Shown here: piece after piece, positions 54,491-64,000 of the stretch
How positions within the stretch are numbered: the first letter of the stretch is position 1
Layout: every line of letters starts with the position of its first letter
Assembly: GCA_000002435.2 (NCBI GenBank)
Contig: CM018792.1
DNA length: 64,000 bases
Reading direction: 5' to 3' (one strand)
DNA from: Giardia intestinalis
Lineage: Eukaryota
Program-made: the position numbers and the translations under genes
The notes under the pieces: model-generated
What the model saw: the letters and a program-made list of their open reading frames with translations, nothing else
Told to the model about the DNA's origin: nothing
Databases searched by the model: none

Positions 54491-57385
54491 ATGGAGGCCT
54501 CGGGGACAGCTTGTGAGCATCTCGACTGCCGGGTGGAGACGCTAAACTTCATCAGTGACCTTGTTGAGCTGGTGGGACACTATGAAGAGGTGGTTGTTAC
54601 TAATCTGCAAAGTAGGAACGATGCTATGGAAGTAGAGGTTCAGGACTTACGCTTAAGGCTTGAAGAAGCAATATCAACTGGCCAAGCCGTGGAAGCCCGG
54701 ACGGCTGAGGCCATCTTTTTAGCCATGACGTCGATGATCAAAGAATTGTCACTTCAGGAAGAGAAGAACATTGAATTGGATGTACCCAATCAGGACCTAT
54801 CCTCCTCGCTGCATGCAATGATTGCAGATAAAGTTAGCGCCTACAAACTCCAGCTTGCAGAGGACGCCAAGGCTATGAGGGAGAAGTTTGAATCGGTGTC
54901 ATCGAAGAATCGAGCTCTAGAGCAACGCATAGCTGAAGTCACTGCCACTTTACGCGCAATCGGAGAGGAGCTAGTGTCTTCTGTGACCCATAGTTCTTCA
55001 CAGGCCTCTGAACTTAGTTCTTCCACGGCCAATCTCACCTTCTTCATGGATGACGGTGCAGCGCTCTCGACAGTGCTTGCAGACCTTGCTGGTGCAGTGA
55101 AGGTGGTCTCAGAACACAATGCACAGACGTGTGCCAAGCTCTTGCAGGCAGAGAGCGAGTTGTTGTTTTACAAGACACAGGCACAAACGCGAGCAGATAG
55201 TGAGCAGAAGGCACTGGAAAGTTTGTCCAACCAAGTAGCCGAAGGCGAAAAACTCAAGAGGGAGACTAGTGATGCTCTCAACTTGATCTCAGACTTGCAG
55301 ATGGGGCTATATGCGAAGAACTCCGAAATATCTGAGCTTCAGAAGGAGCTCAAAAGCCTGTCAGACATGCTCAAAGTGGAGGAGGTGAAAACTGCCGATC
55401 TTAATAGAGAGCTCCTCTCCACGCAGAAGGTCTTGGCAGAGACGCGGTCCAACCTTCTTACAGAACAAGCACGAGTCTCAGCCATGAGTGGTGCTTCACT
55501 GCAACTTGAACAAGCACAGAAAGATTTGCGTACTGCCGAGCTGACCATTGCAAAGCTCAAGACCGAGCACCAAGACATGGAGCAGGCAATGGTTCTACAA
55601 ACAGATACCATTAAACAGCTGAATGCGACATTACATGACACTCTTGAAGACAAATCCAGACTCGATGCAAAATTATGTGAGGATGCCACCACAAGACAAA
55701 ACGCTACACAGGAGCTTTATCGGAGGCTCGACGAGTTGTCTTTGCAAAATGCAGAGCTACATGCTCGTGTTGTTTCCCTTGAGCAGGAATTAGGAGAGAC
55801 CACAGAGCGGTTATCAAAGGCCCTGAAGGCTGCAGAAGCTCAAGCAGAAAAAGCGATCTCAGAAAATAAGGCAGCAAGCAGTCGGATTTTGAAGTTAGAG
55901 GAGACGGAGCAAATTTTGACAGAAAATCTAAAGGATTGTGAATTAGAGTTGGCGCGTGTGCACGAGGCTAACATTGCGTTACAAACAGACATCGTAGAGA
56001 TATCTCAAGAAAAGGAACAAGTCAAGGAGCAATCCTCCGCTAATGAAAGACTGGTGCACGAGCGCCTTGAACGGACTGAGCAGATCATGTCAGAAATGGC
56101 TGCCGAAATGGACTCTCTTAAGCAACAAATAGAGAATCTGACAACAGATATTCACATCAGAGAGGAAATGATAGCGAACTGTGAAGAGGAGATTGGCAGA
56201 TTAGACGCCTTGCATGCAGCAACGACAGAGGAGCTCCAAAGGATAAACCATCAAAAAGAGAGCCTAGAAGACGAACTGGCGCAGAAAGATTTGCAGCTGG
56301 AAAAGGCAAACTTTAGCTTAGTCAGTGCTACCAGTGATATGCAGACTGCTTTAAAGTCTGCAGAGGATGCTTTCACAGATAGATACCTGAAAGCACTTGA
56401 AGATCTTAAGGTCGCAAGGGCGGGCTCTGTGGAGCTAGAGGAGAGACTAGCCAATCTCCGATCAGAATTACAATCAGCACATCTTCGTCTTGATGAAAAG
56501 AATGCTGAACTAGAAGTCTTGCTGTTACAAAATGATGCCACGTTCAAGGACAAACTGGCCATCATTGAGGAACTCCAGGCCAACTTGGCACAGCGAGATG
56601 GCTCTATCGAGGCCTTATCGTCACAAAATGATTGCCTACTGGGTACTGTGCAGGAACTCAACACACGAGTTCGTGAGCTAGAAGACGAGCTTGAAGTTAC
56701 AACAAGAATAACTGCAGAGCAGGAGGATCAGCTGCAGCGTCTGCTGATTAATGGTTCCGATTTGCAGAAGGATCAACTAGCAGAGCAAACGACTTTGCTA
56801 TCACAGCAAGATGCAAGGATCAGTACCCTCAGGAACGATCTGTCTAACATAGAGCAACGTCTTTTTGAACTGGTCGATGCCGCTAATAGGATATTCGAGC
56901 TCCTGACAGAGTTAGCAGAAAATAGTAACCAAAGTATGGTAGAGCTTTCTAAGGTAGGCTCGAGGAGCGTGTCGCGGGCCGCATCTGTCGCAGAGTCGCT
57001 TGCTCTATCCACTCTTTCTACCGCAAAATCTATTGGACCTGCTCGTTTGTTAGTTGAGACCACCATGCAGCAAAAGGATTCAGAGGCTGCACTAGCTATT
57101 GAACGCATGACACGGCTGGAAGCAACCATGACGTCTATTCGTGAAAGTGTTGTCGGCATCATCACGCTTACAAAGCAGCGTCTTGAGGAAGTTGTAGCGC
57201 TTCAAGAGCGCATCAGTGTGAAGGAGAAGGAGGTGAATTTGCTCCTCGATCTAACAAAATCTCGTGAGGATCGAATTAACGTCTTGCTTGAAGAGATAAG
57301 CAACAAAGGTGTAACGATTTCCGAGCAGGCAGAAGTCATTGACAAAATGGTGAAGGATTTAGAAGCACTTCGCGGAGCCTTATAG
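54491..57385 (+). CDS. Long coiled-coil protein (964 aa)
   Basis: Near-continuous heptad coiled coil. Convergent with the transporter gene, 105 bp between stops. Confidence 0.7.
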   Translation: MEASGTACEHLDCRVETLNFISDLVELVGHYEEVVVTNLQSRNDAMEVEVQDLRLRLEEAISTGQAVEARTAEAIFLAMTSMIKELSLQEEKNIELDVPNQDLSSSLHAMIADKVSAYKLQLAEDAKAMREKFESVSSKNRALEQRIAEVTATLRAIGEELVSSVTHSSSQASELSSSTANLTFFMDDGAALSTVLADLAGAVKVVSEHNAQTCAKLLQAESELLFYKTQAQTRADSEQKALESLSNQVAEGEKLKRETSDALNLISDLQMGLYAKNSEISELQKELKSLSDMLKVEEVKTADLNRELLSTQKVLAETRSNLLTEQARVSAMSGASLQLEQAQKDLRTAELTIAKLKTEHQDMEQAMVLQTDTIKQLNATLHDTLEDKSRLDAKLCEDATTRQNATQELYRRLDELSLQNAELHARVVSLEQELGETTERLSKALKAAEAQAEKAISENKAASSRILKLEETEQILTENLKDCELELARVHEANIALQTDIVEISQEKEQVKEQSSANERLVHERLERTEQIMSEMAAEMDSLKQQIENLTTDIHIREEMIANCEEEIGRLDALHAATTEELQRINHQKESLEDELAQKDLQLEKANFSLVSATSDMQTALKSAEDAFTDRYLKALEDLKVARAGSVELEERLANLRSELQSAHLRLDEKNAELEVLLLQNDATFKDKLAIIEELQANLAQRDGSIEALSSQNDCLLGTVQELNTRVRELEDELEVTTRITAEQEDQLQRLLINGSDLQKDQLAEQTTLLSQQDARISTLRNDLSNIEQRLFELVDAANRIFELLTELAENSNQSMVELSKVGSRSVSRAASVAESLALSTLSTAKSIGPARLLVETTMQQKDSEAALAIERMTRLEATMTSIRESVVGIITLTKQRLEEVVALQERISVKEKEVNLLLDLTKSREDRINVLLEEISNKGVTISEQAEVIDKMVKDLEALRGAL

Positions 57386-57490
57386 GTTTCTGTCGGTAAT
57401 GTGCAAACGGCACTAAGTCGCATAAGTACACTGTTCACTAGTGAGGCTGAGTCCCTGGCGTGCATTAGGAGACGGGCTAGTGAAGATAAT

Positions 57491-59800
57491 TTAGAAGATC
57501 CATTTAAATGTATCCGTGTTGACAAATGTGGAGAGGAAAAAGGCAGTCAAGTTCATGACAACAATCACGCATGCACTGCAGATAATGGTAACTTTTCTGC
57601 ACTTGGTCATCTTCTTCAGCAACGCGACACGCCACGGATCCGTCATGTCAGGCTCGGGATACTCTTCACTGGGAGCCTCCAATGTGCCTCCATTCTGCTC
57701 TAGCTCAGCAGCCACTTCCAAAGCAATACGCATGTCCTCCGGCAAATTAGGATCTGCAAGTAAAGAAGCGTTGTGTATATTGGTCTGTTCAGTTAAGAGA
57801 TCGAACGTATGTGTTGGCTTAGAGTCTGCAATGGACATTGCCCTGTAGCGATTTGCAGTGGCTACTGCCAGTGCGCTTTCTGAGGTAGGCGCAGGTGCTG
57901 GGAAAGCACGTTGGCTCAGCCGTCTAGGAACAGGAAGGCTAGGCTTTTCTTCTGGCTTGGGGGGCCCTGTGCAAGCTGTGTGAGCAAGTGTAGGCGCAGG
58001 TGCAGATGTAGAAGGCATACTGGGATCTACAGACTGACCAGACGTCTGCCAAATGTTATGAGACGATCCGCCCACTTCTTCTATCCCAGATCTCACGACG
58101 CAGGGAGCCAACTCATTTGCTGATGACTCCTGTGTCCTTGTTTGCGAACTGTACCCTTTAATGGACAAAATGGATGCCACCTCGGCCTTTTGGGGAGCTG
58201 CCAGTGTTGCCGCACGGTTGCGCGTCTCATTAGCCCGTTGCTCCGTTCTAATTTGAGATCGTGACCTTTCTCTGTTGTTTATGGAGCGTTCTCGAACGAA
58301 AACCTTGCTCATCGTACGCGCCTGGCCCATGGTCATCCCCAAAAATGCAAAGGCGCCAACGGCAACAGAGTCGGTCCTACCTCTCTTCAGGACAGTGTCC
58401 CTTCTGTGAGGCTCTGGGAGAGCCTCAGGGTTTACGTACCCTACTTCATCATCGTCGTCTGTGTGAGGTATGCGTGAGTGAGCTGCAATTTCAGGAACCT
58501 TCCACCGGATGAACAATGGGACAAGCCAGTATACTGCTATACCAAATAGCGCAGCTATTGCATTAAAGACTGTGTCTATTGAAGGAATGAATGTTGACAT
58601 TAGTACGGCCACAACGGTAAGGGACACTCCGATTGTAATAAAGATAATGTGACCTTTCCGCGTCTGTTTATCTATGTTCCACCACGACATGATGATTACT
58701 CGAATTGGAAACATGATAATTGCAAACGATAAAGCAACCACGAAAGCGTAAAGAAGGCGAATAACAGTCATGTAGATATTGGACGGGGGGAAGGAGATGA
58801 GTACGTTTGCTTGTATGACTTGACTAAACATAAGTGCAGACCCAATCCCATTGAGGAGATATAGGATCAAGCTGACTGTGATAGCGATAGTAATTGCCTT
58901 CTTCAAGAGAAGACGACGTTTGTTTGGGGTACCCTGAAGCTCAGAGAGGAGCGGGGCAATACTCGCATGGCACCCAAACAGTGGCATGAAGACAGAAACA
59001 CGTCTGACAATTTCGAGAAACGCCATCCACGGGACAGTGTGTGCAGGGGCGTAGATGAACATAGGATTGGGAAAGGGTTTCCATGATCCGATGGTGGAGT
59101 CCTGCGACGGCCCAGCAAACCCATTGCTCAGAGCTTTCTTGTAGAGAGAGCTTTCGGTGATTCCTGCAACGTTGCATGCCACCTCCTTTTTAACTAATCC
59201 AGCGATGAAGTAGCCAAAGACAGAGAGAACAGTGATCAGTATAAAGAGGATACAGAAGCCAGAGATGTTGCTGAGAGCGGCGGGAGACTTCAATATTGTT
59301 GTAGGGATCAACAGAACTCCGATGATTACCTTGATATACTCCAATCTAAAAGAGGCTTTTCCGTGTGAGAATCCCGTGATACACGCGCTGATGTATTCTC
59401 CGCAAATAGAGATGTAGACGACTAAGAGCCCGGTGTACATTAGGACAATGCAGACGTCCATCGCCATTGCTATCTTGTTCCCAAACATGGCAACTACACA
59501 ACCCCGCAGCGTCCGAGATTGTGTGAAATGGGCTGTGTCAATGATTGCATAAAATCCAAAAAGACTGTAGGTAAATGCAAATGCCATGATGAATAGCGCC
59601 ACGACCCACCCGAGGCGCACAATGGTAAATGGAAGAGAAAGGAGAGCAGCCCCGACCATCGTATTGGAGAGGGTTAGGGCTGTGCCATATGTGGCCAAAA
59701 AGTCACTCTGCTCCTTTTTGACCTTTGCCGAGCCAGCAGAGACCTTTACAGCATCCCCAGAAAGTGACTCGAGTGCTTTCCTGTCGCTCCTACGCACCAT
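57491..59800 (-). CDS. Amino-acid permease (AAAP / Aa_trans family, SLC38-like) with ~330-aa hydrophilic C-terminal extension and a terminal TM helix
   Basis: N-terminal transporter core motif TMVGAALLSLPFTIVRLGWVVALFIMAFAF plus about 11 predicted TM segments, typical of PF01490 transporters. Followed by a charged, Ser/Arg-rich extension. Confidence 0.75.
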   Translation of the reverse strand: MVRRSDRKALESLSGDAVKVSAGSAKVKKEQSDFLATYGTALTLSNTMVGAALLSLPFTIVRLGWVVALFIMAFAFTYSLFGFYAIIDTAHFTQSRTLRGCVVAMFGNKIAMAMDVCIVLMYTGLLVVYISICGEYISACITGFSHGKASFRLEYIKVIIGVLLIPTTILKSPAALSNISGFCILFILITVLSVFGYFIAGLVKKEVACNVAGITESSLYKKALSNGFAGPSQDSTIGSWKPFPNPMFIYAPAHTVPWMAFLEIVRRVSVFMPLFGCHASIAPLLSELQGTPNKRRLLLKKAITIAITVSLILYLLNGIGSALMFSQVIQANVLISFPPSNIYMTVIRLLYAFVVALSFAIIMFPIRVIIMSWWNIDKQTRKGHIIFITIGVSLTVVAVLMSTFIPSIDTVFNAIAALFGIAVYWLVPLFIRWKVPEIAAHSRIPHTDDDDEVGYVNPEALPEPHRRDTVLKRGRTDSVAVGAFAFLGMTMGQARTMSKVFVRERSINNRERSRSQIRTEQRANETRNRAATLAAPQKAEVASILSIKGYSSQTRTQESSANELAPCVVRSGIEEVGGSSHNIWQTSGQSVDPSMPSTSAPAPTLAHTACTGPPKPEEKPSLPVPRRLSQRAFPAPAPTSESALAVATANRYRAMSIADSKPTHTFDLLTEQTNIHNASLLADPNLPEDMRIALEVAAELEQNGGTLEAPSEEYPEPDMTDPWRVALLKKMTKCRKVTIICSACVIVVMNLTAFFLSTFVNTDTFKWIF

Positions 59801-59890
59801 GGGGAAATGCTTCCTGTCGATACCAAAACCTTCAAAAAAAATCTGCGTTTCAAAAAAATACTGATAACCCCTTGCTCATCAACTGTCAGA

Positions 59891-60523
59891 ATGAATGCCA
59901 TCCTGATCGGTCGCCTGAACGGGGCAGTAGTCCTCTGCTACAAGGAGCTGAAGCCTGCTGCGGCTGCGAATCTCGGTGCTCATATGCGGGGTGTTCTGGA
60001 GCAGCTCACTCCCGGTTCTCCGCCGCGGCAGTCATACTCGGACGAGGGCATAAACATCCACTACTCCATATTATCTGGCGTCGTTTATATGGCTGCTGCA
60101 GGAAAGGGCGTCTCTGTCACGGCGGCCATGAGCTTCTTGCAGAGCATGGCCGGGCTTTTCTCGGTGAAGTTCTCGCCCAACACCATCTCCGTGGCTACAA
60201 GCGAAGCCCCCTTCTCCTCCTTCATCCCGGAGATCGAGAAGCTTGCCCGTGATGCAGACACGCGGTCTGCTATGCTTCAGCTTCAAACAGAGACGCAAGA
60301 GATCAAATCACAGGTCATGCAGTCAGTGGAGAGCATACTGAACAGGGGGAACAAGCTCAGTGACATAGAGACACAGGCCGCAGATCTGCTGACTCGCGCA
60401 AAGGACATAATGGGAGATGCCCAGCAGATGAATCGCGAAGCCTTTTGGCGTCAGTACAGCGTTTTCATCGTCATAGGGGCGATTGTCGTACTCTTCATTC
60501 TCCTAAAGATTTTCTTCAGGTAA
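59891..60523 (+). CDS. Longin-domain R-SNARE (Sec22/VAMP7/Ykt6-like)
   Basis: N-terminal longin-like fold (MNAILIGRLNGAVVLCY...), SNARE heptads with the zero-layer Arg (SVESILNRGNKLSDIETQAADLLTRAKDIMGDAQQMN), and a C-terminal TM anchor (SVFIVIGAIVVLFILLKIFFR). The track start at 59807 is in frame. I prefer the ATG at 59891, which follows an A-rich tract. Confidence 0.6.
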   Translation: MNAILIGRLNGAVVLCYKELKPAAAANLGAHMRGVLEQLTPGSPPRQSYSDEGINIHYSILSGVVYMAAAGKGVSVTAAMSFLQSMAGLFSVKFSPNTISVATSEAPFSSFIPEIEKLARDADTRSAMLQLQTETQEIKSQVMQSVESILNRGNKLSDIETQAADLLTRAKDIMGDAQQMNREAFWRQYSVFIVIGAIVVLFILLKIFFR

Positions 60524-60660
60524 ATGGACTCGATGCTCTTGTTCCCAAATGCGAATTTGCAGCACGGAAGTCCGTATGGAGGCCGATTGCGGGAGACCGA
60601 CCGATTCCAGCTGTCTACTAATTATTTAGCCATAGTCGTTAAAATTAAAATTAGTTTTCA

Positions 60661-63438
60661 ATGGGACATGTCTCTTCGAAAATCATCTTATCCGAGGCAG
60701 AGCGGGTGTATAACAGCCTCGATGTGAAGAATCGCGGTTACATTACGGTCATGGACCTGATGCTGTATCACCACGGGGCTAACAAGCGCAAGGCCAAATT
60801 TCTGCAAAAGGTCTTGCAGCACATATACTCAGAGTCCATGACAAAGGAGTATAAGCTTCCGAAACAAGACTTTCTGAAGCTATTTGTAGCAAAAGCTACT
60901 AGTGAGAAAAAGCTGTCTAATAGAGCCATCCTCTGCGATCGATTTACTGAAAACTTTAATCGCAGCGTTAAGAAATCCAGGCCCACAGCACATGCTGATA
61001 CCGACCTCAGCTCTTTGTGGTCTTACTACACAGATAATGGAAGCGTCTCAGCTAATATTGTCCACCGCATTAGGAGCGTTGCTTCAGATACAACTAATAA
61101 AGAAGCAGGGATGCTTTCGCAATTTGGGCTAAACTCTCGGTCTTCTCTCCATGTCATTTATAGACCTGAATTCTTTACTGAAACAGTCACAAAGCAATTT
61201 GCCACCGGAGACGATCTCTCCCGGATCATTGATTACCTCTCTGCGGCAGGCATTGACGTGGGGCTCACACTGGGCTCTTCGTTCAGAGACATGATCCATC
61301 CCCCTGAGCTCGACTGTGGGCAAACCCCCAAGGAAGCAGACACCAAAGATAAAGAGGAGGACAAAGAGCACCATGTAGCCTCGTTGGTCATGCGCGAATA
61401 TGATTACACCAATACAGGATACTTGAATGAGCACGAATTCAGCCATTTCATCCAGGAAATTCGTCGAGAGGTCGAGGCCCATCAGGTCTTTCTGGGTACA
61501 AACATACGTTATGTAGGTCAATACATTACAGGGAAGACATTGGGATTTGGAAGAGGAGGGATTGTTAAGATAGCCATTCACAGAAGCTTCTTGACCGCAG
61601 ATAAGGCCGGACGTTTTCCATCTACAAGAAAGGGGGCACTAGGTCCAGAGGCAGGGATGACAATTAGCAAAAACTATGCATCAGCAAAGAGCTTGAGTGC
61701 ATACATCCCTACTAGGAGTGCAGGGATGGTAGAGGCGGAGCTGCGACCTCGGAGTAGAGCAAAGCCTGGCCGCAAGCAAAGCAACAGAAAATCGGACGTG
61801 TCTACACACTCATATGCTAAGTCATCTGCCGAAAATGTATTTGATGTGCCTTCTGTGACACTAGATGTCGAAAAGACGCAGTCAGAGGCTATGTCTACCA
61901 ATCTCCAGATGCCAACTGTGTCCACTAGCGAGTTTGTCACTACTCAGCCCCCTCAGCCAATCAATCAGGATGACGTGCCAGCCTCAGTGCAGGTTGCATT
62001 AAAGCTCATTCCTAGCAAACCAGTGTCTAGCTTGCTTTCCACTCTAGCCCCAACTGTGATGCGGAAGAAGACGGCAACTAGGAAAAATAGAGTCGTGTCC
62101 TCGGATACGAAGACAGAAACTGATGGAAGTTCTACCGAGTGTAAAGATTCCTCTACTAACTTCGACACCTCTCGTGAGGCAGTTCCTTGTCCGGAACCAG
62201 TTGCACTGGAGCGCCTCACAGGGCATCAGAACATCGTCGAGCTGATGGACAAGTTCGTGTACGTTGATATGAAGGGTAACGAGTGGGAGGCTATGGCACT
62301 GACGCTTTGCGGCGGCGGGTCGCTCAAAGAATATCGAGCGAACACAGTGGTGACAGAGCCAATGGCACGGTACTTCTTTTCGCAAATAATGTCTGCCGTT
62401 CTTTATATGCACCTGCACGGGGTGGCACACATGGATCTCCGACTGGAGAACTGTCTACTCGATAATAATGGATGTGTGCGGCTTTGTGACTTCGGCAATG
62501 CAATGTCCTTTAGTATGGACGAGGAATCGAAGCAGGCTATAGACACTGTTCGCAGGGGTATGGTGGCCGGTACCCTCGCCCACATGCCGCCCGAAATGCT
62601 GCTCCTGCAATCTGACTACTCGGCAAGGAAGGTGGACATCTGGTGCTGTGGGCTGATACTCTATGAGCTCCTCACTGCAAAGCCTGCGTTTACTGTCGCC
62701 AAGTCTATGGATGGGTGTCACTCAGACACCGAACTTAGCAAGAAGCTCTGCTCCAATATTTGTAGCATGAACTACGAGGCTTTGGGGTTCAATTATAGCG
62801 CAGAAGCCCGGGATCTCTGCTCCAGAATGATGTCTTATGACGCTTTGGAGAGACCAGACGCCTACGAGATACTGCTACACCCATGGCTTCAACAGGAGAT
62901 GATCAAACCAGCCCTTGCAAAGGGAATATTGATCCTTGATCCTGCACCTCCAGTTGTAAAAGTGCAGCAACATCTAGAACAGCTTTTGTCCCTTGAGAAT
63001 ATTGAAGCGAAGAAACCCAAGGATAAGAAGCAAAATCAACAACCTATACGACTTATATGTTCTCACAAAGCAACGTCTGTCGTCTTCCTCATCTCGGGGG
63101 AGACGATACACTCATCCGACAAGCTTAACAATGATGACATTGAACTGGGGTATTTGTATGATATAATGCAGTCTGCCTCCGGAGGAACGGTAGCAGAGAA
63201 TGAGTACATACGCCGCATTCAGACTCACGAGACTGTCTTCAAACTCACTTTCTATTTGAAGGCAGGACTCATATGGGAGTTTCAGCGCCTTTTTCGACGA
63301 ATAAGATACTGCATGCTGAACGCCTTTGCCAGCACGGCTACAGACGATAAAGCCAATACCAACTCCGTGACATCGTCTGCAGTCGACGATACTCCTGTCT
63401 GTGTGCGGATAGATGGGCGAGGAGGATTCGTCTCCTGA
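60661..63438 (+). CDS. Protein with N-terminal EF-hand-like loops and a C-terminal atypical Ser/Thr kinase domain
   Basis: EF-hand-like loops DVKNRGYITVMDL and DYTNTGYLNEHEF. Kinase catalytic loop HMDLRLENCLL, DFGNA, and activation segment GTLAHMPPE. No clear glycine loop was found, so the N-lobe is atypical. Confidence 0.7.
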   Translation: MGHVSSKIILSEAERVYNSLDVKNRGYITVMDLMLYHHGANKRKAKFLQKVLQHIYSESMTKEYKLPKQDFLKLFVAKATSEKKLSNRAILCDRFTENFNRSVKKSRPTAHADTDLSSLWSYYTDNGSVSANIVHRIRSVASDTTNKEAGMLSQFGLNSRSSLHVIYRPEFFTETVTKQFATGDDLSRIIDYLSAAGIDVGLTLGSSFRDMIHPPELDCGQTPKEADTKDKEEDKEHHVASLVMREYDYTNTGYLNEHEFSHFIQEIRREVEAHQVFLGTNIRYVGQYITGKTLGFGRGGIVKIAIHRSFLTADKAGRFPSTRKGALGPEAGMTISKNYASAKSLSAYIPTRSAGMVEAELRPRSRAKPGRKQSNRKSDVSTHSYAKSSAENVFDVPSVTLDVEKTQSEAMSTNLQMPTVSTSEFVTTQPPQPINQDDVPASVQVALKLIPSKPVSSLLSTLAPTVMRKKTATRKNRVVSSDTKTETDGSSTECKDSSTNFDTSREAVPCPEPVALERLTGHQNIVELMDKFVYVDMKGNEWEAMALTLCGGGSLKEYRANTVVTEPMARYFFSQIMSAVLYMHLHGVAHMDLRLENCLLDNNGCVRLCDFGNAMSFSMDEESKQAIDTVRRGMVAGTLAHMPPEMLLLQSDYSARKVDIWCCGLILYELLTAKPAFTVAKSMDGCHSDTELSKKLCSNICSMNYEALGFNYSAEARDLCSRMMSYDALERPDAYEILLHPWLQQEMIKPALAKGILILDPAPPVVKVQQHLEQLLSLENIEAKKPKDKKQNQQPIRLICSHKATSVVFLISGETIHSSDKLNNDDIELGYLYDIMQSASGGTVAENEYIRRIQTHETVFKLTFYLKAGLIWEFQRLFRRIRYCMLNAFASTATDDKANTNSVTSSAVDDTPVCVRIDGRGGFVS

Positions 63439-63608
63439 CCGAGGATGTACTTTACCCTCTTTTATACCCTCTATTTATATAAACTTGTAGCTTTGTATCT
63501 AATGCCTAAATTCATAATTCTATAATTCTGTTCTCTTTAATGTTTAAAATCATTCACGCGTAATTGTTGAGCCTATCCAACTTAATTTCTAAAAAACAAA
63601 TCTCCAAA

Positions 63609-64000
63609 ATGTGCCCCCCTAGCCCAGAGCCTTATCAGCAGGGCTGTGAGCTGGGCGTGGGGAGCGTGGTTAGAAATCCGCATGGCAAGGAGCACTATAC
63701 TCTCTTGCATTGCATTGGGTCTGGATGCTACGGAGCAGTTTTTGTAGCCATCGATAACACACGAAGCTGTTTCTATGCTTTGAAGCAGATACGTTTTCAG
63801 AGGTTTACCAATCCACTGTCAGAATTGTCTGGAGGCAAGGAAGCTGCTCCCTGCCAAAGAGAGATGCATGCAAGTACCAACACAGAGGTCTGCGCTCTGC
63901 GACACCTCAATACAAGACCTCACTCCAGCATACCAATGTTCCATCACGCATTTAATGTTGATGAAAGCCTCTACATCGTCATGGAATTTAGCTCTGGATC
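63609..64000 (+). CDS. Protein kinase (NEK-like), 5' part only, truncated by the window end
   Basis: Glycine loop IGSGCYGAVF and VAIK-type lysine in YALKQI. The ATG is preceded by 170 bp of AT-rich spacer. Not in the ORF track because it has no in-window stop. Confidence 0.6.
   Translation, partial: MCPPSPEPYQQGCELGVGSVVRNPHGKEHYTLLHCIGSGCYGAVFVAIDNTRSCFYALKQIRFQRFTNPLSELSGGKEAAPCQREMHASTNTEVCALRHLNTRPHSSIPMFHHAFNVDESLYIVMEFSSG

Noticed and set aside
48751-57165. Ser/Cys-rich ORFs antisense to the coiled-coil genes (for example 48751-49269 -, 49366-50004 -, 52995-53351 -, 56251-56664 -, 56773-57165 -)
   Set aside because: The reverse complement of GAR/AAR/CTN-rich coiled-coil coding sequence is stop-poor and Ser/Phe/Cys-rich. 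They have no independent support.
1-64000. Prokaryotic-style systems (operons, CRISPR arrays, phage defence islands, integrons, IS elements)
   Set aside because: Protein content is unmistakably eukaryotic (kinesin-3 with FHA, clathrin, SNARE, ankyrin, RING). No direct-repeat/spacer arrays, transposase or integrase genes were seen. The two bacterial-type enzymes are isolated genes, not an island.

Overview
This window reads as compact, essentially intron-less eukaryotic nuclear DNA, not prokaryotic or phage. Long ORFs lie on both strands with intergenic spacers often under 100 bp (several of 6-35 bp), and AT-rich tracts sit immediately 5' of ATG starts. The content is three kinesin-3 motors with FHA domains, a clathrin heavy chain, several degenerate (pseudo)kinases fused to ankyrin repeats, four tandem long coiled-coil proteins, a longin R-SNARE, an amino-acid permease, RtcB, a tRNA-intron endonuclease, a WRKY-like zinc-finger protein, and two bacterial-type enzymes (MTA/SAH nucleosidase and a radical-SAM enzyme). 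Taken with an interstitial (TAGGG)3 tract, this pattern suggests a diplomonad (Giardia-like) genome; that identification is inference from memory, not a database hit. I called about 25 CDS. The provided ORF track uses ATG, GTG and TTG starts and omits edge-truncated ORFs, so some listed starts were moved to the first ATG and two edge-truncated genes were added by hand. The strongest anomaly is a near-identical (1 mismatch seen), extremely GC-rich (GC3 near 100%) inverted repeat of about 1.17 kb. It encodes the N-terminal motor domains of two convergent kinesin-3 genes at 12369-13541 and 44303-45475 and brackets a 30.7 kb block, with sharp compositional boundaries inside the ORFs. Next to copy B lie an interstitial telomere-like (TAGGG)3 tract and a palindrome dense in 6-cutter restriction sites. 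Other points are a single in-frame TAA separating two large ORFs followed by 98 stop-free codons, co-localised tRNA-splicing genes, and possible laterally acquired bacterial-type enzymes.
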